Source: an uncultured Acidobacteriota bacterium
GTDB taxonomy: Bacteria; Acidobacteriota; Thermoanaerobaculia; UBA5066; DATFVB01
DNA length: 64,000 bases
NCBI GenBank assembly: GCA_963813155.1
Contig: CAWEYG010000003.1
Span: 800,001-864,000 of the forward strand
Direction of reading: 5' to 3'
Positions 49,880 through 60,432 of the stretch are shown piece by piece. Made by a program: the position numbers and the translations under genes. Position 1 is the first letter of the stretch. Every line of letters begins with the position of its first letter. The notes beneath the pieces are model-generated. The model was not told where the DNA came from. It saw only the letters and a list, made by a program, of their open reading frames with translations, and made no database searches.

Positions 49880-50988
49880 GGTTCCGGCGAGAAATCCGCG
49901 ACGGGCCGGCCCGCCAGGATTCCGACGATCCGCTCGGCCGCCTTTCCGTCGCCGTACGGGTTCCGAACGCGCGCCATCGCGCGGTGCGCCGTTTCGTCCG
50001 TCAGCAGGCGCTCGGCTTCCGCGAAGATCCGTTCTTCGTCGGTTCCCACGAGCCGGGCAACGCCGGCCTCGATTCCCTCGGGGCGTTCCGTCGTCGTTCT
50101 CAGGACGAGCGTGGGCACCCCGAACGCGGGCGCTTCCTCCTGAATTCCGCCGCTGTCGGTCAGGATGATCCGGGAGGCGCGGATCCAGGAAACGAGCTGC
50201 GGATAGTCCGCCGGCGGCAGCAGCTCGATGTTCCCGATTCCCTCGAAAACCGACGCCGCCTCGGCGACGTTCGGGTTCGGATGGACGGGGAACACGAATC
50301 GCATCCGGGGAAATCGCTTCGCGAGGCGGGCGATGCCGCGAAATGCGCCGCGCATCGGCTCGCCGAAGCTCTCCCGCCGGTGCGAGGTGATCAGAACGAG
50401 GCCGTCGCCGGAAGGTTCCGGCGCGGGTTGGCGGTCGCGGATCCAGTAGAGCGCGTCCACGACGGTGTTGCCGGTGACGCGAATCCCTTCCGCGCCCTCG
50501 CGCCGGAGAGCCTCCGCGCTGCGAGGCGTCGGAGCAAAATGAAGGTCCGCCACGAGGTCGGCGACCCGGCGGTTCATCTCCTCCGGGAACGGATTTCTGA
50601 GCTCGGACGTGCGGAGGCCAGCCTCGACGTGCGCGATGCGCAGGCCCCGGTTGAACGACGCGAGCGACGCCGCCATCGCGCTCGTGGTGTCGCCCTGAAC
50701 GAGGACCCAGTCGGGCCGGACATCCCCGAGCAGCCCGTCGAAGGCGGAAAAAACGCCGGACGCGATCCGGTTCGGCGTCTGGCCCGGCTTCATCAGATCG
50801 AGGTCGATCTCCGGCTGGATTCCGAAGACCGAGAAGACCCCGTCCGCCAGCTCGCGATGTTGCCCCGTTGCGCAGACGACGACTTCGAAGAGGTCCGGCT
50901 CCGCGCGTGCCTTGATCACGACCGGGGCCATCTTGATCGCCTCGGGACGCGTGCCGACGACGACGAGGAGCCGCTGGCGCGCGCTCAC
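49876..50988 (-). CDS. wecB: UDP-N-acetylglucosamine 2-epimerase (non-hydrolysing)
   Basis: GTRPEAIKMAP, QGDTT, HVEAGLR, PFPEEMNR, TDSGGIQEEAP, NPYGDG. Confidence 0.95.
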   Translation of the reverse strand: MSARQRLLVVVGTRPEAIKMAPVVIKARAEPDLFEVVVCATGQHRELADGVFSVFGIQPEIDLDLMKPGQTPNRIASGVFSAFDGLLGDVRPDWVLVQGDTTSAMAASLASFNRGLRIAHVEAGLRTSELRNPFPEEMNRRVADLVADLHFAPTPRSAEALRREGAEGIRVTGNTVVDALYWIRDRQPAPEPSGDGLVLITSHRRESFGEPMRGAFRGIARLAKRFPRMRFVFPVHPNPNVAEAASVFEGIGNIELLPPADYPQLVSWIRASRIILTDSGGIQEEAPAFGVPTLVLRTTTERPEGIEAGVARLVGTDEERIFAEAERLLTDETAHRAMARVRNPYGDGKAAERIVGILAGRPVADFSPEP

Positions 50989-51043
50989 AGGACGGCGCCC
51001 GCGAGCGCCAGGACCTCTGTCATCAGCGGGATTCTAGCCTGCC

Positions 51044-51730
51044 TCACCGCCAGGCGAGCTGGCCCGGCGGGCGACGCGGCTTCAGGATCGCGAGCAGGAC
51101 GATTCCCGCGAGAAACCCCCCGATGTGCGCGAAATACGCGGTTCCGCCGGAGGTCGGCGTCGACATCCGCAGAGACGCCTCTCCGGAGAAGAACTGGATC
51201 ACGAACCAGAACAGGATGAAAACGAAAGCGGGGATCTCGGTCGTGAAGAAAAGGAAGAGCGGTATCAGCGTCACGATCCTCGCGCGGGGATACAGGAAAA
51301 GGTACGCGGCGAGCACCCCGGAAATCGCTCCCGAGGCCCCGAGGGAAGGAAGCCGCGATCCGGGATTGAAGAACGCGTGGCAGAACGAGGCGGAGATGCC
51401 GCAGAGCACGTAAAACACGAAGTACCGGAGATGTCCGAGCCGGTCTTCCACGTTATCCCCGAAGATGTAGAGAAAGAGCATGTTCCCGCCGATGTGGAGC
51501 CATCCCGCGTGGAGAAACATGGCGACGAGGATCGTGAAGAGCGACTGGGAGAACGAGTACTGCCCGCTCCACATTCGGGAAGGGATGAAAGAGTAGGCGT
51601 AGAGGAACGAATCGAGCCGGCGCGGAGAAAGCGAGAGCTCGAAAAAGAACCCCCACAGATTCCCGCCGATCAGAATCCAGTTCATCCACGGCGTCGTCCG
51701 CGTGCGAACCGTGTCGCGAAGGGGGATCAG
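51044..51730 (-). CDS. Rhomboid-family intramembrane serine protease
   Basis: MFLHAGWLHIGGNM, GASGAISG, AHIGGF. The N-terminal xIPLRD extends to a CTG at 51730; the first canonical start is 51685. Confidence 0.92.
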   Translation of the reverse strand: MIPLRDTVRTRTTPWMNWILIGGNLWGFFFELSLSPRRLDSFLYAYSFIPSRMWSGQYSFSQSLFTILVAMFLHAGWLHIGGNMLFLYIFGDNVEDRLGHLRYFVFYVLCGISASFCHAFFNPGSRLPSLGASGAISGVLAAYLFLYPRARIVTLIPLFLFFTTEIPAFVFILFWFVIQFFSGEASLRMSTPTSGGTAYFAHIGGFLAGIVLLAILKPRRPPGQLAWR

Positions 51731-51731
51731 G

Positions 51732-52034
51732 TCAGGAGATCGCTTTCGCGTCCGGGCCCGGGTTGACGGCCTGCTTCAATTCCTTGCCCGCCTTGAATTT
51801 TACCGTTCGAGAAGCGGCGATGCGGATCGTCTCGCCCGTCTTCGGATTTCGCCCCTGCCGTTCCGGCCGGTCCGCGACCACGAACGACCCGAGCCCCGGG
51901 ATGCTGACCTTCTCCCCGCGGCGGAAAGCGAGCGTCAGGGCGCTGAGGAACGCTTCATAGGCCGTTTCGGCTTCCCGCCTGGATACCTGCATCGCTTCCG
52001 CGATCGCGTCGATGATCTCCGTCTTTCCCGCCAT
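51732..52034 (-). CDS. hup: HU-family DNA-binding protein
   Basis: GLGSF, RQGRNPKTGETIRIAA, FKAGKELK; SD GGAGG upstream. Confidence 0.93.
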   Translation of the reverse strand: MAGKTEIIDAIAEAMQVSRREAETAYEAFLSALTLAFRRGEKVSIPGLGSFVVADRPERQGRNPKTGETIRIAASRTVKFKAGKELKQAVNPGPDAKAIS

Positions 52035-52078
52035 GTCCCCTCCCGTTCTCCGAATCTAAGCGGGGCGACGGCGATTTG

Positions 52079-53407
52079 TCAAAGCGAGGAGGGCCCGCGC
52101 CGGCGCAGAAGGTGCGCCGTGAACCCGTCGCTCCCCTGGTCGGGAAAGATGCGAAAACGGCTGCCGTCAACGAAAGGCGCGAGCTCGGGAGGGGCGTCGA
52201 TGGCGGCCGCCTCGAACTCGGCGCACGATTCGAGAAATCGGGCGACGACGTCCTCGTTTTCCTCCGCCTCCAGGCTGCAGGTTGAATACAGGACGTAGCC
52301 GCCCGGAGCCACGGCGCCGGCGGCCCCGCGCAGCATCAAGGCTTGCGCCTGCGCCAGCCGGAGGATCGATTCTTGCGTCACCCGGTACCGGATCTCCGGG
52401 TTCTTCCGCAGTGTTCCCGTGCCGGAGCAGGGAGCGTCGAGGAGGACGCGCGACAGCGAGCCCTCCCGCAGGGGCAGGCGGGAGACGTCCGCCGAGGCAA
52501 TCATCGCGTTGCCGAGCGAAAGCCGGACCCGGTTTTCGCGAAGCAAGGTCAGCCGCGACAGGGAGCGGTCGAACGAGAACACTCTCGAGAACCGGCGGGA
52601 GAAGAGCGCGGCGGCCGTCTTGCCCCCGGGCGCGGCCGCGAGATCGGCCAGCAGGTCGCCCTCCGGGATCAGCGCGGGCAGGACCTGCGAGCCGGCGTCG
52701 GCGATGTAGAAGTCTCCTTCCCGGAAACTGCGGGTGCGCACGGGGTTTCCGGAAACCACGGAGAGCCCGAGCCGGGAGAGGGGATTCGGCTCCGAGTCGA
52801 TCTGTTCAGCCCGAAGGCGCAGCGCGATCTCCTCCCTTGTTCCCCGCCGCGGGTCGCACAGGAGGGCCGCCTTCGAGCGCACGTTGTCGGCCGCGAGGAC
52901 GGTTCGGACGCGCGCGAGCCCGAAGCGATCGACCCAGCGGCGGACGAGAAATTCCGGGTGCGAATGCGCGACCGCGAGCCCCGCGGCATCGTCTTCCGGG
53001 GCGGGCGAAGGAGCGTCGCGAAGCAGCGACCGCAGGACGCCGTTGGCCAGGCGCGAGGCGCCCTCTCCCGAGAGCGTCCGGGCCATCTCGACGGTTTCGT
53101 GCACGGCCGCCCGCACGGGAACGCGGTCGAGAAACCGGATCTGGAAGAGACCGACCTCGAGGACTTCCCGCATCGGCTTCTGCAGCCGCTCGAGGGGAAA
53201 ACGAGACACGCTCGCGATCTCGGCGTCGAGCCGGGCCCGGTTGCGCAGGACCCCGAGGACCAGCTCGCGCGCGAAATCCCGCTCCAGGTCGGAAAAATTC
53301 GGGCCGCCGTCGGGGAGCGCGAGAGTCCGCCGGTCTCCGGAAAAGAATTCCGACAGAGCGGCGACGGCGCGGCGGCGCGCCGGGCTGGCAGCGCGGCTAG
53401 CGGCCAA
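52079..53407 (-). CDS. rsmB: 16S rRNA m5C967 methyltransferase RsmB/Sun
   Basis: NusB-like N-terminus, DLAAAPGGKT, LDAPCSGTG, YSTCS; next to fmt. Confidence 0.9.
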   Translation of the reverse strand: MAASRAASPARRRAVAALSEFFSGDRRTLALPDGGPNFSDLERDFARELVLGVLRNRARLDAEIASVSRFPLERLQKPMREVLEVGLFQIRFLDRVPVRAAVHETVEMARTLSGEGASRLANGVLRSLLRDAPSPAPEDDAAGLAVAHSHPEFLVRRWVDRFGLARVRTVLAADNVRSKAALLCDPRRGTREEIALRLRAEQIDSEPNPLSRLGLSVVSGNPVRTRSFREGDFYIADAGSQVLPALIPEGDLLADLAAAPGGKTAAALFSRRFSRVFSFDRSLSRLTLLRENRVRLSLGNAMIASADVSRLPLREGSLSRVLLDAPCSGTGTLRKNPEIRYRVTQESILRLAQAQALMLRGAAGAVAPGGYVLYSTCSLEAEENEDVVARFLESCAEFEAAAIDAPPELAPFVDGSRFRIFPDQGSDGFTAHLLRRRGPSSL

Positions 53408-54326
53408 AACGCTCCGTCCCCGGCAGCCCGCGGAGGAATTCCTCGGCCCCGGCGGGTTTCTTTCCTTCGCGTTGAAGTCGGACCGGAACGATCGAGCTGC
53501 CCGAGCCGCAGGCGACGGCGACGCCGTCGTCGCTCGCGAAGAGCTCGCCGGGAGCGCGGCCCGCGCTCGCCGGGCCGGGACGGCCTTCGAGGATCTTGAC
53601 CCTTTCGCCGTTTCGAAACGTGAAGAGACCCGGCCAGGGCGAATAGGCCCTGCTCGCGCGGAGGATCTCGGCCGCCGGCTTCGACCAATCGATTTCGCCG
53701 TCGCTTCTTCGGAGCGTGCGGCAATACGTCGGCTCGCCGGCCTGCGCGACGGGATCGAGCGTCCCCGCCGAAATTCCGCGCAACGTTTCGACGAGGAGAT
53801 CCGCGCCCTCTTTCGCGAGCCGGTCCGCGAGCGAGCCCGCGTCGTCGCCGGCGGAGATCGCGACGTGCCGGTGCAGATAGACAGGTCCTTCGTCGAGACC
53901 CGCGGTCATACGCATCGTCGCGACCCCCGTCTCCGCGTCGCCCGCGAGGAGCGCCGCCTGGACCGGCGACGCGCCGCGGTGCCTCGGGAGAAGAGAAGCA
54001 TGCACGTTCACGCACCCGAACCGGGGGATCGCCAGGATTTCCGGCGGCAGGATCCGGCCGTACGCGACCACGACGATCGCGTCGGGCGCTTCCGTTCGGA
54101 TTCGGTTCTCGAAAGCCGGATCGCGAATTCCTTCCGGCTGGGCCAGCGGGAGCCCGAGCTGGCGCGCCAGCGCGGCGACCGGCGGAGACCGGAGCTCTCC
54201 GGAACGCCCGACTTTCCGGTCGGGCCGGGACACGACGAGCGAGACTCGAAATTCCGGTTCCGAAGCGAGACGCGCGAGCGAAGGCAGGGCGAACTCCGGG
54301 CTGCCGAAGAAGATCAGTTTCATCAA
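53397..54326 (-). CDS. fmt: Methionyl-tRNA formyltransferase
   Basis: FFGSPEFA, VVAYGRILP, NVHASLLPRHRGASP, GLDEGP. Confidence 0.95.
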   Translation of the reverse strand: MMKLIFFGSPEFALPSLARLASEPEFRVSLVVSRPDRKVGRSGELRSPPVAALARQLGLPLAQPEGIRDPAFENRIRTEAPDAIVVVAYGRILPPEILAIPRFGCVNVHASLLPRHRGASPVQAALLAGDAETGVATMRMTAGLDEGPVYLHRHVAISAGDDAGSLADRLAKEGADLLVETLRGISAGTLDPVAQAGEPTYCRTLRRSDGEIDWSKPAAEILRASRAYSPWPGLFTFRNGERVKILEGRPGPASAGRAPGELFASDDGVAVACGSGSSIVPVRLQREGKKPAGAEEFLRGLPGTERFGR

Positions 54327-54336
54327 AGCGCGGGAA

Positions 54337-56244
54337 TCACGCCCCGACGGGGGCCCCCGGCACGTTCTCCCGGTCCGCGGATTCGGTTGCCGCGGAGGCC
54401 CTGGCGGGGACCGGAGCGATTCCGCGCTCGAGCCACTCGTGCTCGCCCTTGAGGACCTCCAGGGCGAGCCGGTACTTCGCCGGATCGTCGTTGGAGGACA
54501 GGTCCTCGAAGCGTCGCAGGACGCGACGGCGCGTATCGCGGCAGAAGAGGTCCGCGAGGAGGACGGCGCTCGCGCCGTCCTCCGGGTCCTTCTTCGCGAT
54601 CTGCCGCGCGCGGGAGACGGCCGCCGCCATCGCGAACAGGTCTGCGCCGATGTCGACCGCGCGAAAGAGAGTGGCCTGCTTCTTTTCGAGCTTCGGCCCG
54701 TTGCGCACCATGGCGTGGAAGATCGCGCGCGAGAGCCGCCGGGTGGAGCGATCGAGAAACCGCACGTGGGACGCGAGACCGCCGAACCCGGAGAATCTCG
54801 GCCACCGTCCCCAGCCGAACCACCGGGTCGGATACCACCAGGCGTAAAAGGCCAGCATCCGCGGAAGGGCCGCGATTTTTCGGGAAAGAGGCGCCTTCGG
54901 GTCCACGAGGGCTCCCGCGGCCTCGAGGTGCCGGTCGAGCGCCTCGCGGGCGATGAAGAGACGCATGATCTCCGAGGAACCCTCGAAAATCAGGTTGATC
55001 CGGAAATCGCGCATCATTCGCTCGACGGGAATCGGAGGCTCTCCGCGCGCCCGGAGCGAATCCGCCGTTTCGTAACCGCGCCCGCCGCGGATCTGCAGGG
55101 TGCGGTCCACGATCTTCCAGCCTTCCTCGGAATTCCACATCTTCGCGACCGCGGCCTCGAGGCGGATGTCGCGGTCGCCGGCGTCCGCCATCCGGCTCGT
55201 CAGTTCCACGATCGCTTCCATCGCGAACGCGGTCGCGCCCATCTCCGCCAGCAGCTGCGCAATCGCCTCGTGCTTGCCGATCGGCTGGCCCCACTGCACC
55301 CGCTCGGAGGACCATTCGCGGCAGATCTCGAGGCAGCGCTTGACGCCGGCCGAGCACGAGGCCGGCAGGGTCAGCCGCCCGGTGTTGAGCGTCACGAGGG
55401 CGAGCTTCAACCCGCGGCCTTCGGCCAGAAGCAGGTTCTCCTTCGGCACCCGGACGTTTCGAAACCGGATGACGCCGTTCTCGATCGCCTTCAGTCCCAT
55501 GAAGTGACAGCGCCGGACGACCTCGACGCCCGGCCAGGCCGCCTCCACGATGAAGGCCGAGATCTTCCCCGTGTCGGGGTGCCGCGCCATGACGACGAAC
55601 AGCTCGGCGATCGTGCCGTTCGTCGTCCACAGCTTCTCGCCGTCGAGAACGTAGTCGCCTTCCGGCGTCCGTCGGGCCGTCGTCGCGAGATTCGCCGGGT
55701 CCGAGCCGACATCCTTTTCGGTGAGCGCGAACGCCGACACCGCTCCGGCCGCGAGGCGCGGGAGGTATTTCCGCTTCTGCTCTTCCGTGCCGAACAGCTT
55801 GAGCGGTTGCGGAACGCCGATCGACTGGTGCGCGGAGAGAAGCGCGATGAGGTTTCCGTCCTGGCTCGTCACGAGCTCGATCACCCGCGCGTACTCTTCC
55901 TGCGAAAACCCGAGCCCGCCGTATTCCTTCGGGATCTTCATGCCGAAGGCGCCCATCTCGGCGAGCCCGCGAATCACGCGCGGAGGAATCTTCCCTTCGC
56001 GGTCGATCGCGTCGGAATCGACCTCCTCGAGGAGGAATTTCTTCATCCGGTCGCAGAAGGCGCGAAATTCGGGCCTCTCCGGCGGCGCCGCCGGGAAGGG
56101 GTGGACGAGATCGAGCCGGAAGTTCCCGAGGAAGATCTCCTTCAGGAAGCTCGCGTTGGACCATTCCGCCTCGCGCGCCTCCTCGGCCACGCGGCGGGCT
56201 TCCGCCTCGCCCGAGAGCTGTCCCGGCTTTCGCTCGTCGCTCAT
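54337..56244 (-). CDS. Acyl-CoA dehydrogenase (long VLCAD/FadE10-like form)
   Basis: [48 protein letters not shown]. Confidence 0.92.
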   Translation of the reverse strand: MSDERKPGQLSGEAEARRVAEEAREAEWSNASFLKEIFLGNFRLDLVHPFPAAPPERPEFRAFCDRMKKFLLEEVDSDAIDREGKIPPRVIRGLAEMGAFGMKIPKEYGGLGFSQEEYARVIELVTSQDGNLIALLSAHQSIGVPQPLKLFGTEEQKRKYLPRLAAGAVSAFALTEKDVGSDPANLATTARRTPEGDYVLDGEKLWTTNGTIAELFVVMARHPDTGKISAFIVEAAWPGVEVVRRCHFMGLKAIENGVIRFRNVRVPKENLLLAEGRGLKLALVTLNTGRLTLPASCSAGVKRCLEICREWSSERVQWGQPIGKHEAIAQLLAEMGATAFAMEAIVELTSRMADAGDRDIRLEAAVAKMWNSEEGWKIVDRTLQIRGGRGYETADSLRARGEPPIPVERMMRDFRINLIFEGSSEIMRLFIAREALDRHLEAAGALVDPKAPLSRKIAALPRMLAFYAWWYPTRWFGWGRWPRFSGFGGLASHVRFLDRSTRRLSRAIFHAMVRNGPKLEKKQATLFRAVDIGADLFAMAAAVSRARQIAKKDPEDGASAVLLADLFCRDTRRRVLRRFEDLSSNDDPAKYRLALEVLKGEHEWLERGIAPVPARASAATESADRENVPGAPVGA

Positions 56245-56269
56245 CGGTTCGAAATTCTAGCAGCCGGGC

Positions 56270-58627
56270 TCACCGGATCTGCTTGTCCACCTGGTCGAAA
56301 TAGTCGGCGGCGACGAGGACTTCTCGCGGCTTGCTCCCCTTCTGCGGCCCGAGCAGGCCGTCGCGGTCCATCATGTCGATGAGTTTTCCCGCTCGGGAAA
56401 AGCCGATTTGCATTCTTCTCTGCAAAAACGAGATCGAGGCCATCCGTTCGCGCACGACGAGGCGCGCGGCCTCGTCGTAGAGCGGATCGTTGTCGCCGCT
56501 GTCCCCGCCTCCCGCGGCGCTCAACCTCGCCTCTTCCTCGCGATCCTTCGTGATCTCCTCGTCGAACACGGGCTTCGCCTGCTTCTTCAGGAACTTCACG
56601 AGCTGGGCCGTTTCCTGGACGGAGATGTAGGCGCCGTGGATCCGGTGCAGGCGCGACGTTCCCGGACCGAGATAGAGCATGTCGCCGCGGCCGAGGAGCT
56701 TCTCGGCGCCGTTGCCGTCGAGCACGACGCGGGAGTCGATCTTCGTCGCGACCTTGAACGCGATCCGCGAAGGCAGGTTCGCCTTGATCACGCCGGTGAG
56801 AACGTCCGTGGAGGGGCGCTGGGTGGCGACGACGAGGTGAATTCCGACCGCGCGCGCCTTCTGGGCGATCCGGGCGATGGAATCTTCGACGTCCTTCGGC
56901 GCGGTCATCATCAGGTCGGCCAGCTCGTCGATGATGATGACGACGTACGGAAGCGGATCGAGCTCGAGCTCGTCGGCCCCGAGGCGCGCCTGCACTTCTG
57001 CGACGGTGTTCTTGTCCTCGAGCGCCCGGTTGTACTGGTCGATGTTGCGGACGTTGCCGAACTTCGAAAGCCGCTGGTAGCGCTCCTCCATCTGGGCGAC
57101 CGCCCACTTCAGCGCGTTGGAAGCCTTCTTCGGGTCCACGACGATCGGGGTGAGGAGATGGGGAATGTCCTTGTAGATTTCCAGCTCGACCATCTTCGGA
57201 TCGATGAGGATGAGCTTGACCTGCGCGGGCGTGGACTTGAACAGGATCGACGTGATGATCGTGTTGATCCCCACCGATTTTCCCGATCCGGTCGTTCCGG
57301 CGATCAGGAGATGGGGCATCGACTGGAGGTTCTGGACGACCGGCTCGCCGTGGATGTCCTTTCCGAGCGCGAGCGCGAGCATCGAACGTTCCGCGGCGAA
57401 TCGCTCCGACTCGATGACGTCGCGAAGGCCGATCAGGTCGCCGCCGTCCGGATTCGGAACCTCGATTCCGACGGAAGAGCGGCCCGCGATCCTCTCGATC
57501 CGGATCGATTCCGCCGACAGCGCGAGCGCGAGGTCCTCGGCCATCGACATCACCTGCGTCACCTTGATCCCGGCGGCCGGGCGAAACTCGTAGGTCGTGA
57601 CGACCGGGCCGGGGTGGAACTCCACGACCTCCCCTTCGACGCCGAACTCCGCGCATTTCTCCGTGATGCGGCGGGCGATCTCGGGAAGTTGCTTCCGGTC
57701 GAACGTGCCCACCGTCAGGTGCTTCTCCAGGAGCGAGGTCTGGGGATACAGATAGCCCCCCATCTCGATCGGCAGGGATTTCTGCGGAGAGGGCTTCTTG
57801 CGCTCCCGTTCCGGCGCCGGCCGCGGCGAAGCGGCCGGGGAACCGGCCCCCGACGCCACCCGGCGGATGGAGAACTTCCCCTCTCCTTCCACTCGCTCGA
57901 CCTTTAGGGGCGCGACGGGGCCCTTCGGCGGATCGGGGCGAAACGGGAAGTCGGCGAGCGCAGCGCCCTCGTGGCGGGACTTCTCGATGTGCTTCACGAT
58001 GACGTTTCGCTTCAAACGCTCTTTCATTCGCCTCTCGCGCTTCCGCGAGAATCCGAGCGTAAATCTTCCGAGCAGCCCGATCAGCTTCACCCGCGCGAGA
58101 AAAATCGCGTCGGCCAGCGAGAGCTGGGTCGCGAGGGGAATGGCCAGGATCAGAAGCGCCGAGAGAAGAACGAGCGAGCCGACGGTATTGAATCGCGACC
58201 GGATGAAACCCGAGATCCCCGCGCCGAGAAGGCCGCCGGCTTCGATCGGTTCACCGCGAAACTCGCGCGTCCCGATGAGGATCGAGAGCAGCGCGGGGAG
58301 CGAGACGGCGAGGAGCGCCACGCCGATCGCCTTCGTGCCGGGATTGGAGAACCGGCGCGCGAGGAACCGCCGCGAGCCCCAGACGACCAACCCGGCGGCG
58401 ATCAGCCAGCCGGTGAATCCGAACGCCGTCAGCAGCAGGCGCGACCACATCGCGCCGACACCGCCGACCCAATTCGCCGCCTTCGTGTTCTCGCCCGTCG
58501 TGCTCGAAAAGAAGGGCGCCGGGTCCTGGGGCGAATGCGAGAGCAGCGAGAGCACGGTCAGGATTCCGGCGACGACCAGCAGGAGGCCGATCGCCTCGTC
58601 CGCGTAACGCCGCGTGTTCTCGGACAA
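56270..58627 (-). CDS. ftsK: DNA translocase FtsK
   Basis: N-terminal 4-TM domain, PHLLIAGTTGSGKS, IDELADLM, ATQRPS, GAEKLLGRGDML, gamma domain LQRRMQIGFSRA. The TTG 58627 start is uncertain. Confidence 0.95.
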   Translation of the reverse strand: MSENTRRYADEAIGLLLVVAGILTVLSLLSHSPQDPAPFFSSTTGENTKAANWVGGVGAMWSRLLLTAFGFTGWLIAAGLVVWGSRRFLARRFSNPGTKAIGVALLAVSLPALLSILIGTREFRGEPIEAGGLLGAGISGFIRSRFNTVGSLVLLSALLILAIPLATQLSLADAIFLARVKLIGLLGRFTLGFSRKRERRMKERLKRNVIVKHIEKSRHEGAALADFPFRPDPPKGPVAPLKVERVEGEGKFSIRRVASGAGSPAASPRPAPERERKKPSPQKSLPIEMGGYLYPQTSLLEKHLTVGTFDRKQLPEIARRITEKCAEFGVEGEVVEFHPGPVVTTYEFRPAAGIKVTQVMSMAEDLALALSAESIRIERIAGRSSVGIEVPNPDGGDLIGLRDVIESERFAAERSMLALALGKDIHGEPVVQNLQSMPHLLIAGTTGSGKSVGINTIITSILFKSTPAQVKLILIDPKMVELEIYKDIPHLLTPIVVDPKKASNALKWAVAQMEERYQRLSKFGNVRNIDQYNRALEDKNTVAEVQARLGADELELDPLPYVVIIIDELADLMMTAPKDVEDSIARIAQKARAVGIHLVVATQRPSTDVLTGVIKANLPSRIAFKVATKIDSRVVLDGNGAEKLLGRGDMLYLGPGTSRLHRIHGAYISVQETAQLVKFLKKQAKPVFDEEITKDREEEARLSAAGGGDSGDNDPLYDEAARLVVRERMASISFLQRRMQIGFSRAGKLIDMMDRDGLLGPQKGSKPREVLVAADYFDQVDKQIR

Positions 58628-58785
58628 AGTCAGATCCGCCCGGCCGCGGAAGGCATGCGGCCGCTCGACCTCGAAGAAACCGCTCTCAAACGCAACCGAA
58701 TGGACACATCGCCTGTTCCGTATTGTACGAAATCCCCCCGACGGGAGGGAAGCGCCGGACGGCCGGGTATTGGATTTCCCGCCGC

Positions 58786-60432
58786 CTACGGCCGGGCGAC
58801 GGTCACGACGACGACCGGCCGGGCCCCGAACGCCCGCCGGCAGGCGCGCTTCGCGGCGACTTGAGCCTCCGATTCCAGCCATTGCGCGTTCGCGAGATCC
58901 GCGGGACGGCCGCGCCCGAGAAGCGTGCGCACCTCCTCTCCGACTTCCGCCGCGACTTCGGCGGGCAGCGCGGCGAGACCGATGCTCGCGACTTCGACGC
59001 GGATCGCGGCGAGCTGCAGGAGGACGGTGACGACGACGGCGCCCTGCGAGCCGAGCGTCCTTCGGACGCGAATCTCCTCTTCGGAGACCTCGGCGCCTTC
59101 CGCCGCGTCGAGATAGATCGACCGCGCCGGGCGGGCGCCGGTTGCGGCGCGAAAGCCTTCGCCGAGAAAGAGCGAATCGCCGTTGTCGAAGACGAAAACG
59201 CGCTCTGCGACGATGCCGGCCTCGCGCGCGGCCGCGCCGCACGCGAGAAGCGCGCGCCGCTCGCCGTGCGCCGGCAGAACGGCCCGCGGGCGAACGGCCT
59301 CGATCAAACTCCTCAGGTCGTCGCGGTACGCATGCCCGGAAACGTGAACGGCCGGCCCCTCCGGGCCAGTCGGAAGGACCCGCACGCCCCGGCGAAGCAG
59401 GCCATCGACGACCCGCGAGACGGCCCGCTCGCGGCCGGGAATCGTTCGGGCGGAGAGGATCGCGAGGTCGCCCTCCCCGAGCGCGAGCTGGTCGTGGCGG
59501 CCTGCCGCGAGGCGGGAAAGGGCCGAGTGCGGTTCGCCCTGCGAGCCCGCGCACAGCAGGAGGAGCCGCCCGGGCCGCCGCTCGTCGAGCCGTTCCGGGT
59601 CGGCCGAAAGACCCGCGGGAATGGCGAGGTAGCCATAGCGCTCCCCGATCTCGGCGATTTCCCGCATGCTCCTGCCGAGAATCGCGATCTCACGGCCCGC
59701 CGCGCGGGCGGCTTCCACGGCGGCCTGCATTCGCGCGACGTGACTCGAAAACGTCGTCACCACAATTCGGCCGCCGGCGCCGCGCGCCGCCGACAGGAGC
59801 CCTTCCCGGGCCTCCCGCTCCGACGGGCAGTTTCCCGCCCTCTCCGCGTTCGTGGAATCGAGCACGAGGAGATCGCACCCGCCGGCGCGCGCCGCGAAGT
59901 CCGCGAGGCTCGTCCGCTCGCCCGCGGGCGCGTCGTCGTCGATCTTGAAATCGCCGGTGTGGAGGATGCGCCGGCCGAAGACCTCGATCAGGAGGGCCGC
60001 CGATTGCGGGACCGAGTGGGAAACCGGCAGGAACGTCACCGAAAACGGGCCGGCCACCACAGGGTCGCCGAACGACGCCGCGGCGATTCGCGAGCGGCTG
60101 TCGCCGCCGGACCCGGATTCGAGCAGCCGGCGGCGGGCCAGGGCCCGCGTGAATTCCGTCGCGAAGACGGGCGCGTTGGCGACCTCGCACAGCCGCGAAA
60201 GGGCGCCGATGTGGTCCTCGTGCCCGTGCGTCAGAAACACCCCCGCCACGCGATCAGCGGCGAGCGGGGAGAAGTCGGGCGCGACGCGGTCGATCCCCGG
60301 CAGCGTTTCGTCCGGAAACGAGATCCCCGCGTCGACGACGAGGGCTTCGCCCCCCGCGCGGACGACGAGGCAATTCTTCCCGAATTCTCCAAGTCCGCCG
60401 AGGGCGGTGACCTCGATTTCCGGGGAAATCAC
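58786..60432 (-). CDS. rnj: Ribonuclease J
   Basis: LGGLGEFGKN, THGHEDHIGA, HTGDFKID, DSTNA, GSQGEP, HVSGHA. Confidence 0.93.
   Translation of the reverse strand: MISPEIEVTALGGLGEFGKNCLVVRAGGEALVVDAGISFPDETLPGIDRVAPDFSPLAADRVAGVFLTHGHEDHIGALSRLCEVANAPVFATEFTRALARRRLLESGSGGDSRSRIAAASFGDPVVAGPFSVTFLPVSHSVPQSAALLIEVFGRRILHTGDFKIDDDAPAGERTSLADFAARAGGCDLLVLDSTNAERAGNCPSEREAREGLLSAARGAGGRIVVTTFSSHVARMQAAVEAARAAGREIAILGRSMREIAEIGERYGYLAIPAGLSADPERLDERRPGRLLLLCAGSQGEPHSALSRLAAGRHDQLALGEGDLAILSARTIPGRERAVSRVVDGLLRRGVRVLPTGPEGPAVHVSGHAYRDDLRSLIEAVRPRAVLPAHGERRALLACGAAAREAGIVAERVFVFDNGDSLFLGEGFRAATGARPARSIYLDAAEGAEVSEEEIRVRRTLGSQGAVVVTVLLQLAAIRVEVASIGLAALPAEVAAEVGEEVRTLLGRGRPADLANAQWLESEAQVAAKRACRRAFGARPVVVVTVARP

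Noticed and set aside
58686-58727. Short out-of-frame ORF MCPFGCV upstream of ftsK after TACAAT
   Set aside because: The 12-nt spacing does not fit a leaderless start, it is not coupled to ftsK, and it is too short to support.
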